The translations under genes were made by a program, and so were the position numbers. Of a stretch of 64,000 nucleotides of DNA, positions 50,116 to 64,000 are shown piece after piece (the first letter of the stretch is position 1; every line of letters begins with the position of its first letter). Under the pieces are notes generated by a model, which worked only from the letters and a program-made list of their open reading frames with translations, was not told the DNA's origin and searched no databases. The DNA lies in assembly GCA_013239625.1 (NCBI GenBank), contig MU053557.1, positions 317,063 to 381,062 of the forward strand. The letters are read 5' to 3'. This DNA comes from Lama guanicoe. Lineage: Eukaryota.

Positions 50116-53100
50116 ACGATGGCTCCCATTTTACAAGAGTGATCTCTATTGAAGTGGCTCTGGATGTTGTAGCCTAAACGAGGAATCAGTGTGTCAACAT
50201 ATGTCCCTTCCAGACATCGACTTCCTGGGGAGAAAAAATGCTGGGGAGGAAACTGTTATGTGTAGGTGCCTGGATATCTGTAGATGGAGTGGTGAAGGCA
50301 AAGACATCCGATGCTTCTCCCACAGGCTTCATAGCACAGGTCTGAGTCCTCCATGCCTGGGTGGGACCTAGTGCAGGGTTGTGGAGTGGTGAGGACCAGA
50401 GGGAAGCTGGCCATGCCTGGCAGTGTCTTGGAGGTTCCCTGGCTTCAGGTGCCTTCCAATGTTGGTCTGTGGGAAGAGGAACCACTTCAGAGAGGAAGAG
50501 TTGAGGCGTCGCCCTCAAGGCAGCCAGAATGAAGGGCCGTGCGTGGGCTTCCCCACGAGTGTGGACTTCCCAAGGCAGCTGGGGGAGATGAGGCAGGCCG
50601 TCAGAGTGCCCCGGCTACAAACCTGAGAAATGGGAGCCTCCATGTCACTGGGCTCTCCATCCCCAGAGCAGCTGTTTGCCTTCCTGTTGTTTCTTACCTC
50701 CTCACTCTTCATGGTTCTTCCTTCCAGGAAAAGTAAGCGAACCCCTCGACACCACGTTTCCTTTATCTTGAAAATGAGGAGCATGCCAAGATCTACTGCA
50801 GGAATTAGTAAGATGATACACGTAAAGCACATTCAGAACTTGGCATACAGTACAGGGTCAATCATTGTTAAATATGTCATTATTCTACTTGGAAAACCCT
50901 TCTAATCGATTTGAAAGCAATTAGCTAAAAGCTGACTGTAGTCTGCTTCTAAAGGGTAACGATCACTGGTTAGGCACAGGATTAAACTGATGGAGAAGTG
51001 TATTGGTGGGCAAATCAATGGTTGTTCTGTCCTTGTGTAAACCTCCTTAGAAGATGTCTCTGAGAAAGCTGGCAAGAGAGACAGAGCACATTGGATAGTC
51101 AACAAATATTTCCTGAACATCTGCTAAGTGCTAAACACTGGAAATACAGTGGTGGACAAAACAAACGACATCTTCATGGAATTTATAAAGAAACAGGAAA
51201 GCAACTATTCAAGAAATAATTACCCAAATGATTCTCTGTTGTGTATCAATTGTAGATGCTACAAAATGCCCACTACCTACTTTACCCATTTGGGTACCAT
51301 TTGGTATCTTCCAGACCACTGGCCAGGAATCAGATTTTGTTTTCCTTAAAAAACAAAACAAAACAAAACTTGGATCCAGGCCACTTACAATCAGTATCAA
51401 GGAGGCATTTACTTTCTCTGAGTCTCAGTTTCCCTCTTAGTAAAATGGAGATATTATAATAATTTCAATCTCAAAGGATGGTTGGAGGGTTAGTTAATTG
51501 GGGATGCATGGAACAACATCCTTAACACCTGGCTTATAGTGGATACTCAGTAAATGTTACATATCCTTTCTTCTGCCATTTCAGGGACACGTTAAACTTT
51601 TGAGTGGATTACTGTGAGGGTCAAACTTGAAGACAGAGACGAGATGAACACACATAATCCACATACATGAGGTCTATGCTCTTAATTGAGAGAATTGCAT
51701 GCATTAACTTTTTTTTTTTTGGCCATGTTACTGAAAACTCCCTCTCCTTTTATATTCTTCTGTGTTAATTATATTTTAAGCCAGCCACTAATAAGAACCA
51801 AATCAAGACCATTTCTTGTGAGCAGCAGCAGGTTAAAATTTGTCTGGAGGAAGTGTTACCATGTGTGTACATGCAGATGTGTGTGATGAGTGGTGGGGAG
51901 CTGGGAGTGGGGAGGGAACCATTCATGTGGCAGTCTGATCTAATGGAAGAGCCAAAGTGTCCCTTTGTGAAAGGGAAACTCAGTGATCATCAATTTTGAA
52001 ATTTGGGATTTTTTTCAGAGGTGGTCTAGTGAGCTACAGCTTATTGGGAAATGATACACTTACCTAACGGTGGCATGGTTCTAGTTGACAATTTCAGAAC
52101 AAATTGGCAATTTGGTCAATAATGGCAAGATAGAAATAATCATAGAATATTAGAATTGGAAAGCTCCCAAGAGGTCCTCTCTTCCAGCTCCTGTTAATAT
52201 GGGTATGCTTATTTTGTAAATATGCATACTCACACACCATATTCTAATATACTTAATTATACTCTGCATCAAAGTTATTTTAACAGTTTGGATGACTGTA
52301 GGATCTAATTTTTGCTGTCTTAAAATGTTCTCTGTTTTTAGTTGCAGTGGGCAAGAACAAAAGGGGGAAGAAACATTTTCAAGTATCTTATTTGCCTTCA
52401 GCAATTTCATAGTTTCCACCTTTAATTGATTAAAATTGGCAAGACAGTTCCTTCAAAATGTGTTTTCCTTTAATGAGCATACTTGATAGTTACTATAAAG
52501 TAGCTATTTTAAGGCAGTTTGCAGATAACTTTAGGCTGCAATCAGGGAATGTACTAATTTATAGCAGGCTAGCGTTCAACAGAGTTGGCAGAAAAAGGAA
52601 GATCTGGCTGACACATTGCATTTTTTTTTCCCCTGGGAAAACAGTTTAAGATGATTTTAATCATTGGGCTCATTAATATAGCCTAATATCAAAATGTTCA
52701 GTTGTGAAACCAAATAATGTGTAGATTTTATGTTTCTGTGTACTTCAGGAATATGGATCACAGATGTTGTTGGAACCAACTGAAATTCAAAGGAGCGTTT
52801 TTAATAGCTCATAGACTCTAAATATTAGATAAAGTACTTGCTATTTCCTACCATAATATCACAATATTTAACTAAATTCTCAAATTATTAAGGAAAAAAG
52901 TGTCATGTAAGCTAAAGTTAATTTTGCCAGCTGGTGGGATCTCAGCTGTTTATAAATTCTCATGTGCAGATATTCAATCTTCAGTAGAAAACCATTATTT
53001 TACCAGCTGGCATTTGGAGAGACAGCCTTCAAAACAGTAATCCGTCCGCTTTTACTATTTCTTATTTCCCACTCTACGTCCAAGGGTAAACTGAGGCCCA

Positions 53101-54924
53101 GAATGTTGAGAAAGATTAATGAAGATTTTTAGTTTACCTGGGTTTGTAACAAATTTTGGATATTTTAATACAGTCTAGATTTTTGTAAGTTTATTGAATT
53201 TTATATTTCCACAGGGAAAAGTTTTCATTGTAATGCAAATTGAACTATTCATATTTTTCAATGACATTCAGTTCTTCTTAGAAACTCATAGTCTAATGGA
53301 TAATAAAATATCCTCTACTTATAATGTAAAACAAAGCAAAAAGTGAATTTCTTACATTGAAATATCACTAAAAAAAAAAAATCCACAGCACCAGGCTTGA
53401 GAGACTGTGACCTTTTATGCCTAGAAATTAGATTTGGAAACTTCCAACAGCCTGACACTAAGTTGAACTTTGAAACATTCTCCAAGTCTCTTAGGAAATG
53501 GGCTGCAAAAAACATGTGAGCAGCTGAGAGCCTGAGCTGTTGATAATAACAAACAAATGGGTGCATCAGGAGACGCAAATAATTTCCCAAGCGCTTCAAC
53601 ATGGAAAGTTCTAAAATTTTTTGAACTAATTCTTTTTCCTTCTGTTTGTCAGTAATAAGCATTTTGGTGCACCTGAAATTATGGGTAATTGTCATCAAAA
53701 AGCAGGACTGATGAATTGATTCTATAAGTCATTCTGGTGTTTTGAATTTGAAATATTTAACTTTCTAACTACCATACCAACATCCCAGTGTGGTAAAAGT
53801 AAAGTCATCCAAATCATAGAAAGACTGTCATATTTTTCTCAACAGGAAATGCTGCATTGTAAGTGGGTGAAATCTCTGGGTAGTTCTTAATTCGAAGGGT
53901 TCCTTCCACCGTCATGACAGTTGGGATTACTGTCTGCTATTACTTTCCAGAAATTACGCTTTATTTTCCCAGAAGGACAGAGCCACTGGGGTTTCCGGTA
54001 TGGCCATGCAAAAGTGGACCAACTGTTTCAAAGCATGAGGGCATTGTAGGACGCAAATTACATTTCATTAGGCAAGGTGTGTGTCCTCAATTTAATACCA
54101 AATACTAATTAAATACTCTGGTTTTCAGTTCAAACCAGAAATGATTTGTAGCTTTATGGCCCAGAGGAGTGATTTCTCTCTCTGAATTTAGGTCTATGCT
54201 TCTTGGGTTCACACCAGTTCGTGAGCACTCACTTGGATTCTGCATACAGAAGATCCTGCGCTGAATTCTCCTTTTCTGGGCACACAATCATACTGTTTGG
54301 ATATCAAGTCCCACATCTGCCATGAAAGTCATCTCAAGTAGTTGCCCCAAATAACTCTAGGACTTAGCTTCTCTTCTTGAGCCATCTCATCTTTTCAAAT
54401 CATCCGAATCAGTTTCTTCATGTTTTAAATTTCAAGTCAGCAAATATTTACTGTGTATCTTCTACATCAGTGACTACCTTAGACATACAAAGCTAAATAA
54501 AACCCTGTCCACTGTGCTTACAGTCTGAGGGGAACTGCTGTAAACATGAGCATCTGCACGAAACCATGCTGCAAAAGCTACAGTTGCTGCAATTGCTGAT
54601 GGAAAGACGCAAAGTGAAGGACCACATGTGCATCCTTACCTACCTTCTGCCTTGCACAGCTTATGAAATTTCCCTAAACTCAAGTACCTCCTCTGTAAAA
54701 CCAGGATAATCCCATCACCTGCCTTGCAGGACTACCCTGAGGACAGAGTGAGATAAGGAAAAGAAACCTCTCACCATGGTGCTGGGTGTATAGGCACTTG
54801 TCATTAACGGCCAACGACCACGTTATATTTGTGTAAACTTGTGATTTACCAAAGTGCATTTGTGTATTAGGGAACTTTAAAGCTGGTGGGACTGCAGGAA
54901 TCCCATAATTCAATAATAGACACC

Positions 54925-55550
54925 TATATCAGTCAGGGTCCAAGGAGGAGACAGAAAATCCACCCGTTATTGGAACAAAAATAATTTAATATGAAGAACT
55001 GTTAACTAGGTGTAAGGTTGTCAATTCTGCAACCAAACAGATAAAAAAGGAAAACTTGAAGGTAGCAAGTGCAGGAAGCAGTTATCACCCCCAAGACCAG
55101 AGGAACACAAGGAAGAGGCTGGAATTATTGAAACTTAGAAGCTTCAAGGAGGGGCCCTAGAGCTGAAACTCAGACCTCTGGGGAGAGAGAACCTCTCAGT
55201 CCTCTCTGAGCTCAGAGGAGAAACCTCACGGGGCTGGTGTTAGACTCTGAGGAGGAGGTAGCGGCTGGCTGGGGCTGATGTGCTGGTGGGGTGCAGTGAA
55301 GCTGGTTCTATGTATATTCAAAAACTGCATATTGGAGTTAGCTGCTGCTGTTGCAAGACATCCCCGCCTCTGAGATAGGAAAGAGAACGCTACCTAGTTT
55401 CCTAGTTCTGGTTCTTTCAAAAACTGGCTGCCTCTTGACTTGAGTTTCAAGTCAACCCCATGTCTTTAACATAAAACCTCCATTCTTATTTAAGACAACT
55501 AGAATCTCTATTACTTGGCGGGAAAAGTCTTAAATAAAACAAATCCTGTG
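54925..55550. mobile_element. ERVL-type LTR remnant(s), probable
   Basis: Starts tatatcagtcagggtccaaggaggagacagaaa, typical of old ERVL/MaLR LTR ends; family not resolved. Confidence 0.5.
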
Positions 55551-57777
55551 AATCAGAGAAGCAGAGTAACATCTTGCCTGAATGCGGCATACTTTTTACC
55601 ACACCACCAACCTCCAACGTGACCACGCGTCTTAAAAGTCCACACTAAATGTTGCAATCAGCTCGGGGAACAAGGGTTAAAGTTTTGCTTATGTAAATTC
55701 TGACAGGACCCCAGATCCTGCCTTTATATTTTACTGGCATTTACTGAGACAGATCCATAATTTTGGAATTATTCTCACTGCTACTTTGAGTGTACCATGC
55801 ACATAAAGCCATGCAGAATGGTCACAGCAATTGGGGCCCTTTAATTGACAATGTGTAGCTCTGCCTCACACCTACAGGGCTGGTGAAAGGAAATCTCTGA
55901 TTTCTTAACGAGAAAGTCAGCTCCCTTTAAAGCCAGTGAGCTAACGAAGTATCTTCACTTTGCATGCAAGTTTGGTGGGTGTGGTTCACTTCGGCTCATG
56001 CTTTGGTGCACCTAACAGTCTCAGCATCACTGTTGTCAACTCTCCCTGGTGCCAGAAATGCCTAGAAAAGCCTGTTGTACATGCACATGAATGTTCATCT
56101 GGAGAGGGTTCTGAGTAGAAAAATAGTGGTGTTTCCCGGTTCCATCAGCAACAATTCTTTCGGATCATGCACTAGGCAAGATGCACTGCTCAGCACAAAA
56201 TCTGTTTGGCAACAGAAGAGGTAATGGGAAGAGTAACCGGCAAACAATGTGAGTGGGGACAAGTCAGCAAGTTAGCAGCACAGAGTGTTCGCTGGGCTTC
56301 TATTTTCCTTCAGCTAATACTTTTCCGATAAATACTTGTCTCCACTGCAGGGGGGGCACGGTTGAGAGATGAGGGGGGATGTAGAAAAGGAGGCTGAAGC
56401 TCAACTGAAGCCAAACACGTGGTTTGCACAACACCAAGGTATGCCGACTGATACCTGCACCATTGTCTGTTGCTCTGTGTGTGCGTGTTTCAGTTTTGCA
56501 CCTCAGCCACACACACCCACTATCAGTTCAGAATGTTTTACAGGCACTTTGGTTTGTGTGTTGGAAAGTAAACAGTTTACCATCGTGCTCTCTGTGTGGT
56601 GCTGACTCACATCACACATCTCTGCTCTTCCGAGATTTAATCTTGCCTGGGTATATATATCCTTGTAAAATCTTAGCTCGTTAGTATAGGCCAAAGTGTT
56701 TGCAACCGATTCTTTTTCCTTCTGTGCCCTATTACGTTTGGCCAGATGACAAGCATTTTTTAAAAAGTATTTAGAGGAAACTGCAATGACGACAGTAAAA
56801 ATCCTTTAGCTGGATATTAATGGAAGGCTCCCGCCATACTGGAAGTTTATGTTGGATGAGATTAAAAGTTGTATGAACAGTAGAAGCCTGGAGGCCGAGA
56901 ATTTGTGGTGTTTGGTTATATAAGTTTGCAAAGGATCCTGTGTGATACCAGAGCCTCTCTGAGGACTTTACCCTCCTGCTTCTACCACCCTAAAACCCTC
57001 AATCCCAGGTGTCAACTTGGTGTGTAAACTTAAAGGTATGTTCTGAGAAGGTGGTTGCCTGCAGCGCCGAGTTAATGAAATAGGATTCATAATTCTCCTT
57101 TGTACAGAGACAAAGCTAGGACTCAAGAGTCAGGGGCTGATTCCATGGATTCAGGAAACAGTAATGGACTAGACAGAGAAACTTAAAATAGAAGTAAGTA
57201 GCTAATTTCTCTTGGGCATATGCGACATGCCAGCACTGTTATAACCATTTCACGTGCATAGCTCATTTATTCCATTAGAAAAGTCTCTGAGCGAGGAATA
57301 TTATTATGACTACGCTCAGATAGGGACACAGAGAGTCAGAGGTAAGAAAGTTGCCTGAGGTCATGCAATTAGTACAAACCAGAGATTATATTCAGTTTAA
57401 GGCAGTTGGATGTAAAGCCCTTCCTTCTTAACCTTGGACTCCCCCGCTGCCCAGAGGCTTCTTCAAAGCTGGACCATCAGCGGGCACTTTAATTCCTTAA
57501 TGCTCGGAAGTCTTCTCCATTCTGCTAGAACGGATTTGTTAATGCTGTCATAGCCCAGCTATCTTCTACCTTATAGACCTTATCATAGTGGTAATTAGAT
57601 AAATATTAGAGCAACTACTTGTTTAATGTGTTTCCCCTGGCAGACCGTAATTAGCATAAGAGCAGAGACCAGATTTGTAAGTTCACCCTTCCACCTCCAG
57701 TCCTTAGATCCAAATCCAGCACATCAAAGGCATTCAAGAAATTCTTGTTGAAATAAGAATAAAGAATAATTAACTTT

Positions 57778-58290
57778 TGTCTTAACTATGTACAGCAGCA
57801 TAACAAATTATCCTAAAACTTTGTGGCTTTAAACAACAAATATTTATTATCTCACAGTTTTATTATCCCAATAGCTTAGCTGGATGTTTCTGGCTCAAGA
57901 TCTTTCACAAAGTTGCAGTCAAGGTGTCAGCTGGGGCTGCAGTCATGTGAGGGCCTGCTGGGGCGGGAGGAGCCCCCTCCAAGACGGCTCATGCCCATGG
58001 TAGGAGGCCTCAGTTCCTTGCCTTCTTATAGAATTGCTTCATAGAGTCCTAACAACGTGACAGCTAGCTTTCCCACAGGAAGCAATGAGAGAGAGAGACA
58101 GAGAAAGGGAGAGGAAGCTGCAATGCTTTTCACGACACATAAAAAGTCACACCGTGTCCCTTCCACCATATTCTGTTCATTGGAAGCAAGTCACTTGGTC
58201 TAAGCTATGTTCAAGAAAACAGGAATTATTCTCCTTCTCTTGTGGAGAGACATATTAAAGATCTGTGGACATATTTTATAACTACCATAC
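57778..58290 (-). mobile_element. MaLR MLT1-type LTR
   Basis: cataacaaattatcctaaaactttgtggctttaaacaacaaatatttattatctcacagttt...ccaagacggctca...ttttataactaccata. Confidence 0.8.
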
Positions 58291-58319
58291 CTTCTAACTT
58301 TTATGTTACATAGCAATAT

Positions 58320-59030
58320 TTCAACATGCAGGGATGGGGCTCCAGAAAGGAGACTTTTCGAGGCAGAGAACACATACAGAGTAAGGACACACAGGTAGGG
58401 AAACGAGGTTTGCTGGAGAACAGCACGTGTCGTAGATTAGAAGGCAGAGGGAGGCTCGAGGAAGAAGAGATGGAAAACAGAATAGAAAGAGGGAGGAGAA
58501 GTTGAAGAGCTTTTAACTTGCAGTGGCGGACAAAGGAAAGCAGTGGGATGACATGATTAGAAAGGGTGTTCCTTTAGGAATATTTATGTGGGGAGATGGA
58601 GTCACGCATTGGAGACTGCACCCCCAAATCATTGGGAGACAATTATCTTTGCAGTAAGTTCGCTGGCACCTTAACTTGAACAGAACAGTGGGAGTAGGAA
58701 GTAGAGACAGATGCTACAGTGACTGGTAATTAAGTAAATAAGAGAGGAACCCAGAAAGAGTTGCTAAAGATGACACAACATTTTGAATCTGGGTGATGGC
58801 TTGTTACTAATCAAAGGGAAGTAAAGAGCAGGGGATGGAAGTATGGCTTTTACAAGCAGACACCATAGGACCAGAAATTATCAGAGGGCACGGACTGTGT
58901 ACTTTCCCAGGAAGACGGTGAGACTGGATTGCTTTGCTGACCCTGGGTTATGGTAGGACATCAAAGGGGAGGTGCTGAGCAGACAGTCAAAATGTGAGTC
59001 TAGATTTCAGGGGAGAGGTCAGGTTTAAAG
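58320..59030 (-). mobile_element. L2 fragment
   Basis: Purine-rich degenerate L2 motifs (gacatgattaga, aagatgacaca..ttttgaatctgggtga, tgagtctagatttcaggggagaggtcagg). Confidence 0.6.
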
Positions 59031-59252
59031 ACCAGCGCTCCTGTCCACGCAAGGGGACAAACAGGCCATAGACAGCCTGGAGCCAACCACGTTATCAGGA
59101 AAGACATTTCTATGACTTATAACATGAATCCTGCAGACAGCAGTCTTTAGTGTTAATGGCATGGCTTGTCTTTTAAAACTCATTTTTCTTTGAAATGTTA
59201 TTCTGAAGAAACAGTGCTCAGACAGTGATTACAGTTCTGGCCGGTGAGTCAC

Positions 59253-59750
59253 TGTATTGTACTTCTATTGCTGCTATAACAAAGTACCACAAACCTAGTG
59301 GCTTAAAACAACGCCCATACGTTCCCTTACAGTTCTGGAGGTTAGAAGGTCAAAATCTGTTCAACTGGGCTCAGGTTAGGGTCTGCAGGGAGGCCCCTTC
59401 TGGAGGCTCTGAGAGGAGAATCTGTTTCCTTGCCATTTTCAGCTTCTAGGAGCCACGTATATCCCCTCGTCTGCACCCTCTTCCTCCATCTGCCAAGCAC
59501 ATCACTCCAACATCTGCTTCCCTCCTCACTTTGTCTCCTCCTCTGACTCTGACGCCTCCAGTGTCCCTCTTACAAGGATGCTGTGTTTACGTTGGACCCA
59601 CCAGGTTAATCCAGGATAAGTCTCTATCTCAAGGTCCTAAACTCACCGACACATGCGAAGTCCCTTTTGCCATATGTGGTAACATCCGCACGTTCTGGGA
59701 ATAGTACATGGACATATTTCCATAGTTCACGTGCTGTTCAGTCTACCTCA
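59253..59750 (-). mobile_element. MaLR MLT1A/B-type LTR
   Basis: tattgctgctataacaaagtaccacaaacctagtggcttaaaacaac...cagttctggagg...taatccaggataa...tcagtctacc. Confidence 0.85.
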
Positions 59751-60898
59751 GTCACCCAAATCCAACCGGGTCCAAATGTACCCTATGTGCTTCTCAGCCA
59801 CTGCCCTCCCTGCTGAACACACACAGCCAAGGTCAGTCTTTAAATATCACTGTCCCCACCTCTCAGCTTCATGAAGCTTCACACTGAGGTTTTTTCATCA
59901 ACATCATCACCATGGTTCTGAAAAGACCTTCTCTATCAACACAGAACCTTGTGGTCTAAAGGGACCTCAAGTTTCGTCTAGTCCAGCCCCAGTTGAATAT
60001 CTATTGGTCTTCAGGTCTGGAGATGGAAACTGAAATATTTGAATGTACTTCTCAACTCGTCTTCCTCACTTGCCATTGGTTTCCCTGACAACTCCCTCTA
60101 CCCATGGCCTCTCTTTCCTCAATGAAGAGTGATCCTAGAGAATTTGCAACCGGACGTGTTAAAAGTGTTCAACATCTGAAGCAGAGCATCAGACATAAAT
60201 TCCCAGCTATGATGAGACTAGACACATCTGAAGTCCCTTCAGACCCTCAGCTTCTATCACTCTGTCAAATCATTCTGTCTTCTCAGAGTGCTACTGACGC
60301 GAATGCCGATGCCAAGGTAATATAAACTCACATCATTTTCCACTAGAAGTGATTTTACTTTAAAGAACTGACTGAACTATAAATCACTGTGTTACTGCTC
60401 GTGATTGAACTGAGGTTGCTAGAAGTTTTCAAATCCATATCACGTAGTTTGTGAGTCTTTTTCAGCGATACATATGTTTAGGTATGGGTGTGCGGTAGAA
60501 AGAGCTGCAGTTTAGAGTTAAACAAAATCTGAGCTCAAGTTTTAGCAATGCAGCCGAGATGCAGGCAAGTGTGTTAATGTCTCCAAACCTTTACTTCTTT
60601 TTTTTTTTTGGAAAAAATGGAAATATAATATACACACACAAGGACCAGGGGGATTAAATGTGATAATGATGAAAAGCACCTAGCACTGCTTGGCATATAG
60701 TAGACACTCAATAAACACCAATCCCAGCCATCCAACTAGTGTTTGTCTTCTGCTGCGTGTCAGGAGCTGGGCTTCACCCCACCCCATTATTCCCTCCTCT
60801 TCACACTCATCACCACTTAAAGGAGAGAAGCAACAGGACCTGAATTTGACACTTGAGATCCTTGTCAAGCTGGGTTAATATCCATAAAAAGAAATAAT

Positions 60899-61268
60899 GA
60901 AGTCAAGACACAGAAAGGCACATATCCTATGACATCACTTACATGTGGAATCTAAAAAAAAAAAAAGACACAAATGAACTTATTTGCAAAACAGAAACAG
61001 ACTCACAGACACAGAAAACAAAGTTACGGTTACCAAAGGGGAAAGTGGAGGGGGGAGGGATAAATTAGGAGTTTGGGATTGATATTAAACTACTATGTAC
61101 AGACTAGATAAACAACAAGGTCCTACTGCACAGCACAGGGAACTATATTAAATAGCTTGTAATAACTTATAATAAAAAAGAAATATATATATATATATGG
61201 ATAACTGAGTCACTATGTTGTACACCAGAAACTAACACAACATTGTAATCAACCATACTTCAAATTAA
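60899..61268 (+). mobile_element. 5'-truncated L1 3' end with TSD
   Basis: Same family as the 9803-10594 copy. TSD aaaaagaaataat (60886-60898) and aaaaagaaatgat (61269-61281). Confidence 0.9.
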
Positions 61269-62704
61269 AAAAAGAAATGATTAGCAAATATGTTACTGGT
61301 TAGCAGATTTATAGTTATAATGTACAAGATCATTATGCATTAACTTGAGTAACGTGTACTGATGGTTGCTATTACATAAAATTATGCACTGTAAGGGAGA
61401 ACAAGCCAGTGACAGGGCACAAGTGCCCGGCACCCTCAGGCAGGCAATGACAACTATGGTCATTGTTAAGTTCTTAGGTTAAAGATGGGCCCATTGTTGA
61501 AACAGCAAAACATGACATTAAAACTTAATTTAAAATTAAAATCCATTCCTTTTATATAGCTATAAATAAATTTATTACGATTCTCAACCACACTATTGTC
61601 CAGTGAGCCTTCTTTCATCATGCTATGACTGGAACAAATGAACCGAAAATAGACTTTAAAACGTGAGGTAATCTTTTCATTTTCTTATTTCCCTAAACTT
61701 TAAAAAATACTTGGAGGTCTCTACGGGGGAAGAGAGATGGTGCTGCCATGTGGAAAAAAGAGATTGTTGCTCTGCATCAGGCCCAAGCGAAGTAGGTTTC
61801 AGGTGAGACGATGGAGTTTGAGGCCATCATGCACTTCAATGTGAGAATTATATACTGTTTTGCTATTTCTCAGGTTTAGCTCTGCCTCCTTAGATCCATC
61901 CCATCTTTGTAGTATCCTGCCTGGAGCTGCCAACACAGGTTCTAACTTCAGCAGTGATGCAAAAGTTAATTTTCCATCTACTCATTCCTTTGGGTTTTAT
62001 TTTTTCCTATATTTATGAAATTGTTTTCCCCTTATACCACAGATACACCTACTTGGAAGACAGGATAAAACTCACTTACTGATTGGAAAAAATAAAACAG
62101 GGCAGGTTCACAGCCTCCTTACGTACTAAACTACATTGAATATATATCAATGGATGTAGAACCAAGGGTATGGAGGTTGAGTCTTCATTAATCTAGGGTG
62201 TTAAAATTCATTTAACTTGACTGTTCATTTATTATCCCTTCTGGAATTATTGTGACTCTCAAAACCTAAATGAAATTTAAGCCTGTGACACCCATGGGGT
62301 AGTTTTATTGATAAAGGAATTCTGAATAAATAAAACTGAAAGCCAGGAGAAGTTTGACAGGTTAACTGCGGAAGGAGTATAAACTCATTGAAACATTAGT
62401 GCAAGCCAAGTTAATCTGTAAGCCTTAAATGAATCTCAGTTCAGAAAAGAGCGTTAGGAATAGTTTGCTATTTGTATTGGGTTTACTTGTCAAGACAGAC
62501 CAGAGCGTTTTTCTTAATCCACGCCATAGCTTGTTAGTGACTTCCTACAGCGTGTAACTAGCATGGCTATTAATTTGTTGTAATTCTTCCGAAGACACTG
62601 TTAACCGTAAACTACTACTATTAACTGTGGCTTAATGCTCTCAGGTACAGTAGGCTTTTGGGACTGAGCCGTGATAAAGATGGAAAGGAAGCATCACTAA
62701 TCTT

Positions 62705-62838
62705 TTTTTTAATTAAATTTTTTTTTTAATTTTGGGGGAAGGTAATTAGGTCTTTATTGTTAATGGAGGTACTGGGGATTGAACCCAAGACCCCATGCAT
62801 GCTAGGCATGTGCTACACCACTAAGCTAGACCCTCCCC
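62705..62838 (-). mobile_element. tRNA-Ala-derived SINE (Vic-1-like) with 16-bp TSD
   Basis: Same body as the copy at 12366-12504. TSD aagcatcactaatctt (62689-62704) and aagcatcattgatctt (62842-62857). Confidence 0.88.
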
Positions 62839-62929
62839 ACAAAGCATCATTGATCTTAACGTTTTCCCCTCCAACAACTTGAATGGCATGCACCTTGATT
62901 TAAACTTTCCTGGTTGTTATTCTTAATTC

Positions 62930-64000
62930 TTTTTTTAAAAAGTGTGGTTATCAACATTAGGGATGAAACCCTGTGTATTGTATTCTCTCATAAAAACCCA
63001 GAAACCAGTCATTTCTCTAATCACCTCAATGTCCTTCTTTAATTCTTTGTATATTCTGGATTGTTGACATAACAGTGTATTATGATAAATTAATTTTCTA
63101 GTATTATATATTTTCCTTTTTAAGAATCATTACATTCTTATACTATTTTGCAAAATGTTTAAGACAATTATATGAACAGTTCTATATTGAAACAGCATTA
63201 ATCTTCTGTATTAATCTTTTATTTATAACAACTTATTCTTGGGCTGTTTGTTTTGATTCATGTTTCTTGGTCCTAGGGACTTTTGTCTTCAGAAGCTCAT
63301 GGGTTTCCTTTATTATTGTTTTAATTTATTATACTATCTTGCATATATTATTTTAAATATTTTATTTATTTTTTATTATTTGATTTTTAATATTGTACAG
63401 AAGACCTCTGAGGGCAAGTTGATTTTTCCCTCTATAAGTAATGCTTCCCCCCACCCCACCCCGAGAATGCATCCTCTCTCAGTCTTTGTAGGAAATTGTC
63501 TTTACTTTTGAAATTCAATTATTTAACCAGGACACAGGTAAGTGCCAATCTCACTCTAACAATTTTGCTTGCTACATGATAAATACCTTTGACCTGCAAC
63601 TTTAGATCTTCAGCTCAGGAAAGTATTTTTCTATTGCATCTAACTTTTATTTCAATTTTCATGTGCTTCTCTCCCATTTTCATTTGTCTTTTCAGTCTGG
63701 GAGAGTGAGTCAACCTTTTCCTTTATGTGGCTAATTCAGTTTCCTACAGCAGTAATTCTATTCTTCATTGATTATGGTTAAAACTTCTCATTATATTAAT
63801 AGTAGTTTCTTTATACTTTTTCACTACCTAGTTCCCTGTATTTCTTAATCTGAGACTTTCATCTCATTTTCCTTCCTTGTCTCAGAGGCTGCATTTCATG
63901 TATTTTATGGTGGAGTGTGGAGCTGGTGTTCTCTTAACTTGATTCTCACTTTAATGTAGTATTTTTTTCAGCTGGGTGTTCTTTCTATTTCTTGACTTCA
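62930..64000 (-). mobile_element. Old L1 (L1ME-like) antisense fragments
   Basis: T-rich degenerate sequence with motifs such as tcttcagctcaggaaagtattttt and ttcctacagcagtaattctattcttcattg. Confidence 0.5.

Noticed and set aside
439..63511. Remaining 60-170 aa ORFs in the six-frame track
   Set aside because: No recognisable domains, many use non-ATG starts or overlap repeats, and their number is as expected for non-coding mammalian DNA.

Overview
Mammalian genomic DNA, probably camelid (alpaca/llama/camel), judged from three copies of a tRNA-Ala-derived, Vic-1-like SINE and cetartiodactyl-type L1 3' tails. Most of the window is non-coding and rich in interspersed repeats (L1, L2, MIR, MaLR/ERVL LTRs, hAT MITEs, microsatellites). 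I could not recognise any host-gene exons. The one gene-like object is an intronless retrocopy of a KRAB-C2H2 zinc-finger mRNA, best matching ZNF615 from recall (21248-24390, +). It has a perfect 16-bp target-site duplication (TSD), an ATTAAA signal and an A tail, and it sits inside a MIR. One frameshift in finger 1 splits it into an intact KRAB-only ORF (377 aa) and a zinc-finger-only ORF (478 aa). The N-terminal fingers are degenerate, while fingers 10-19 are intact. Its 5'UTR carries an apparently exonised antisense L1 fragment that terminates a uORF, and its 3'UTR keeps relic fingers. Other points of note are a 5'-inverted (twin-primed) L1, a perfect ER6 nuclear-receptor element, two CpG-rich patches and some enhancer-like motif clusters. 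Repeat family names and the paralog assignment come from recalled consensus sequences, not database searches. I found no convincing novel multi-gene system.
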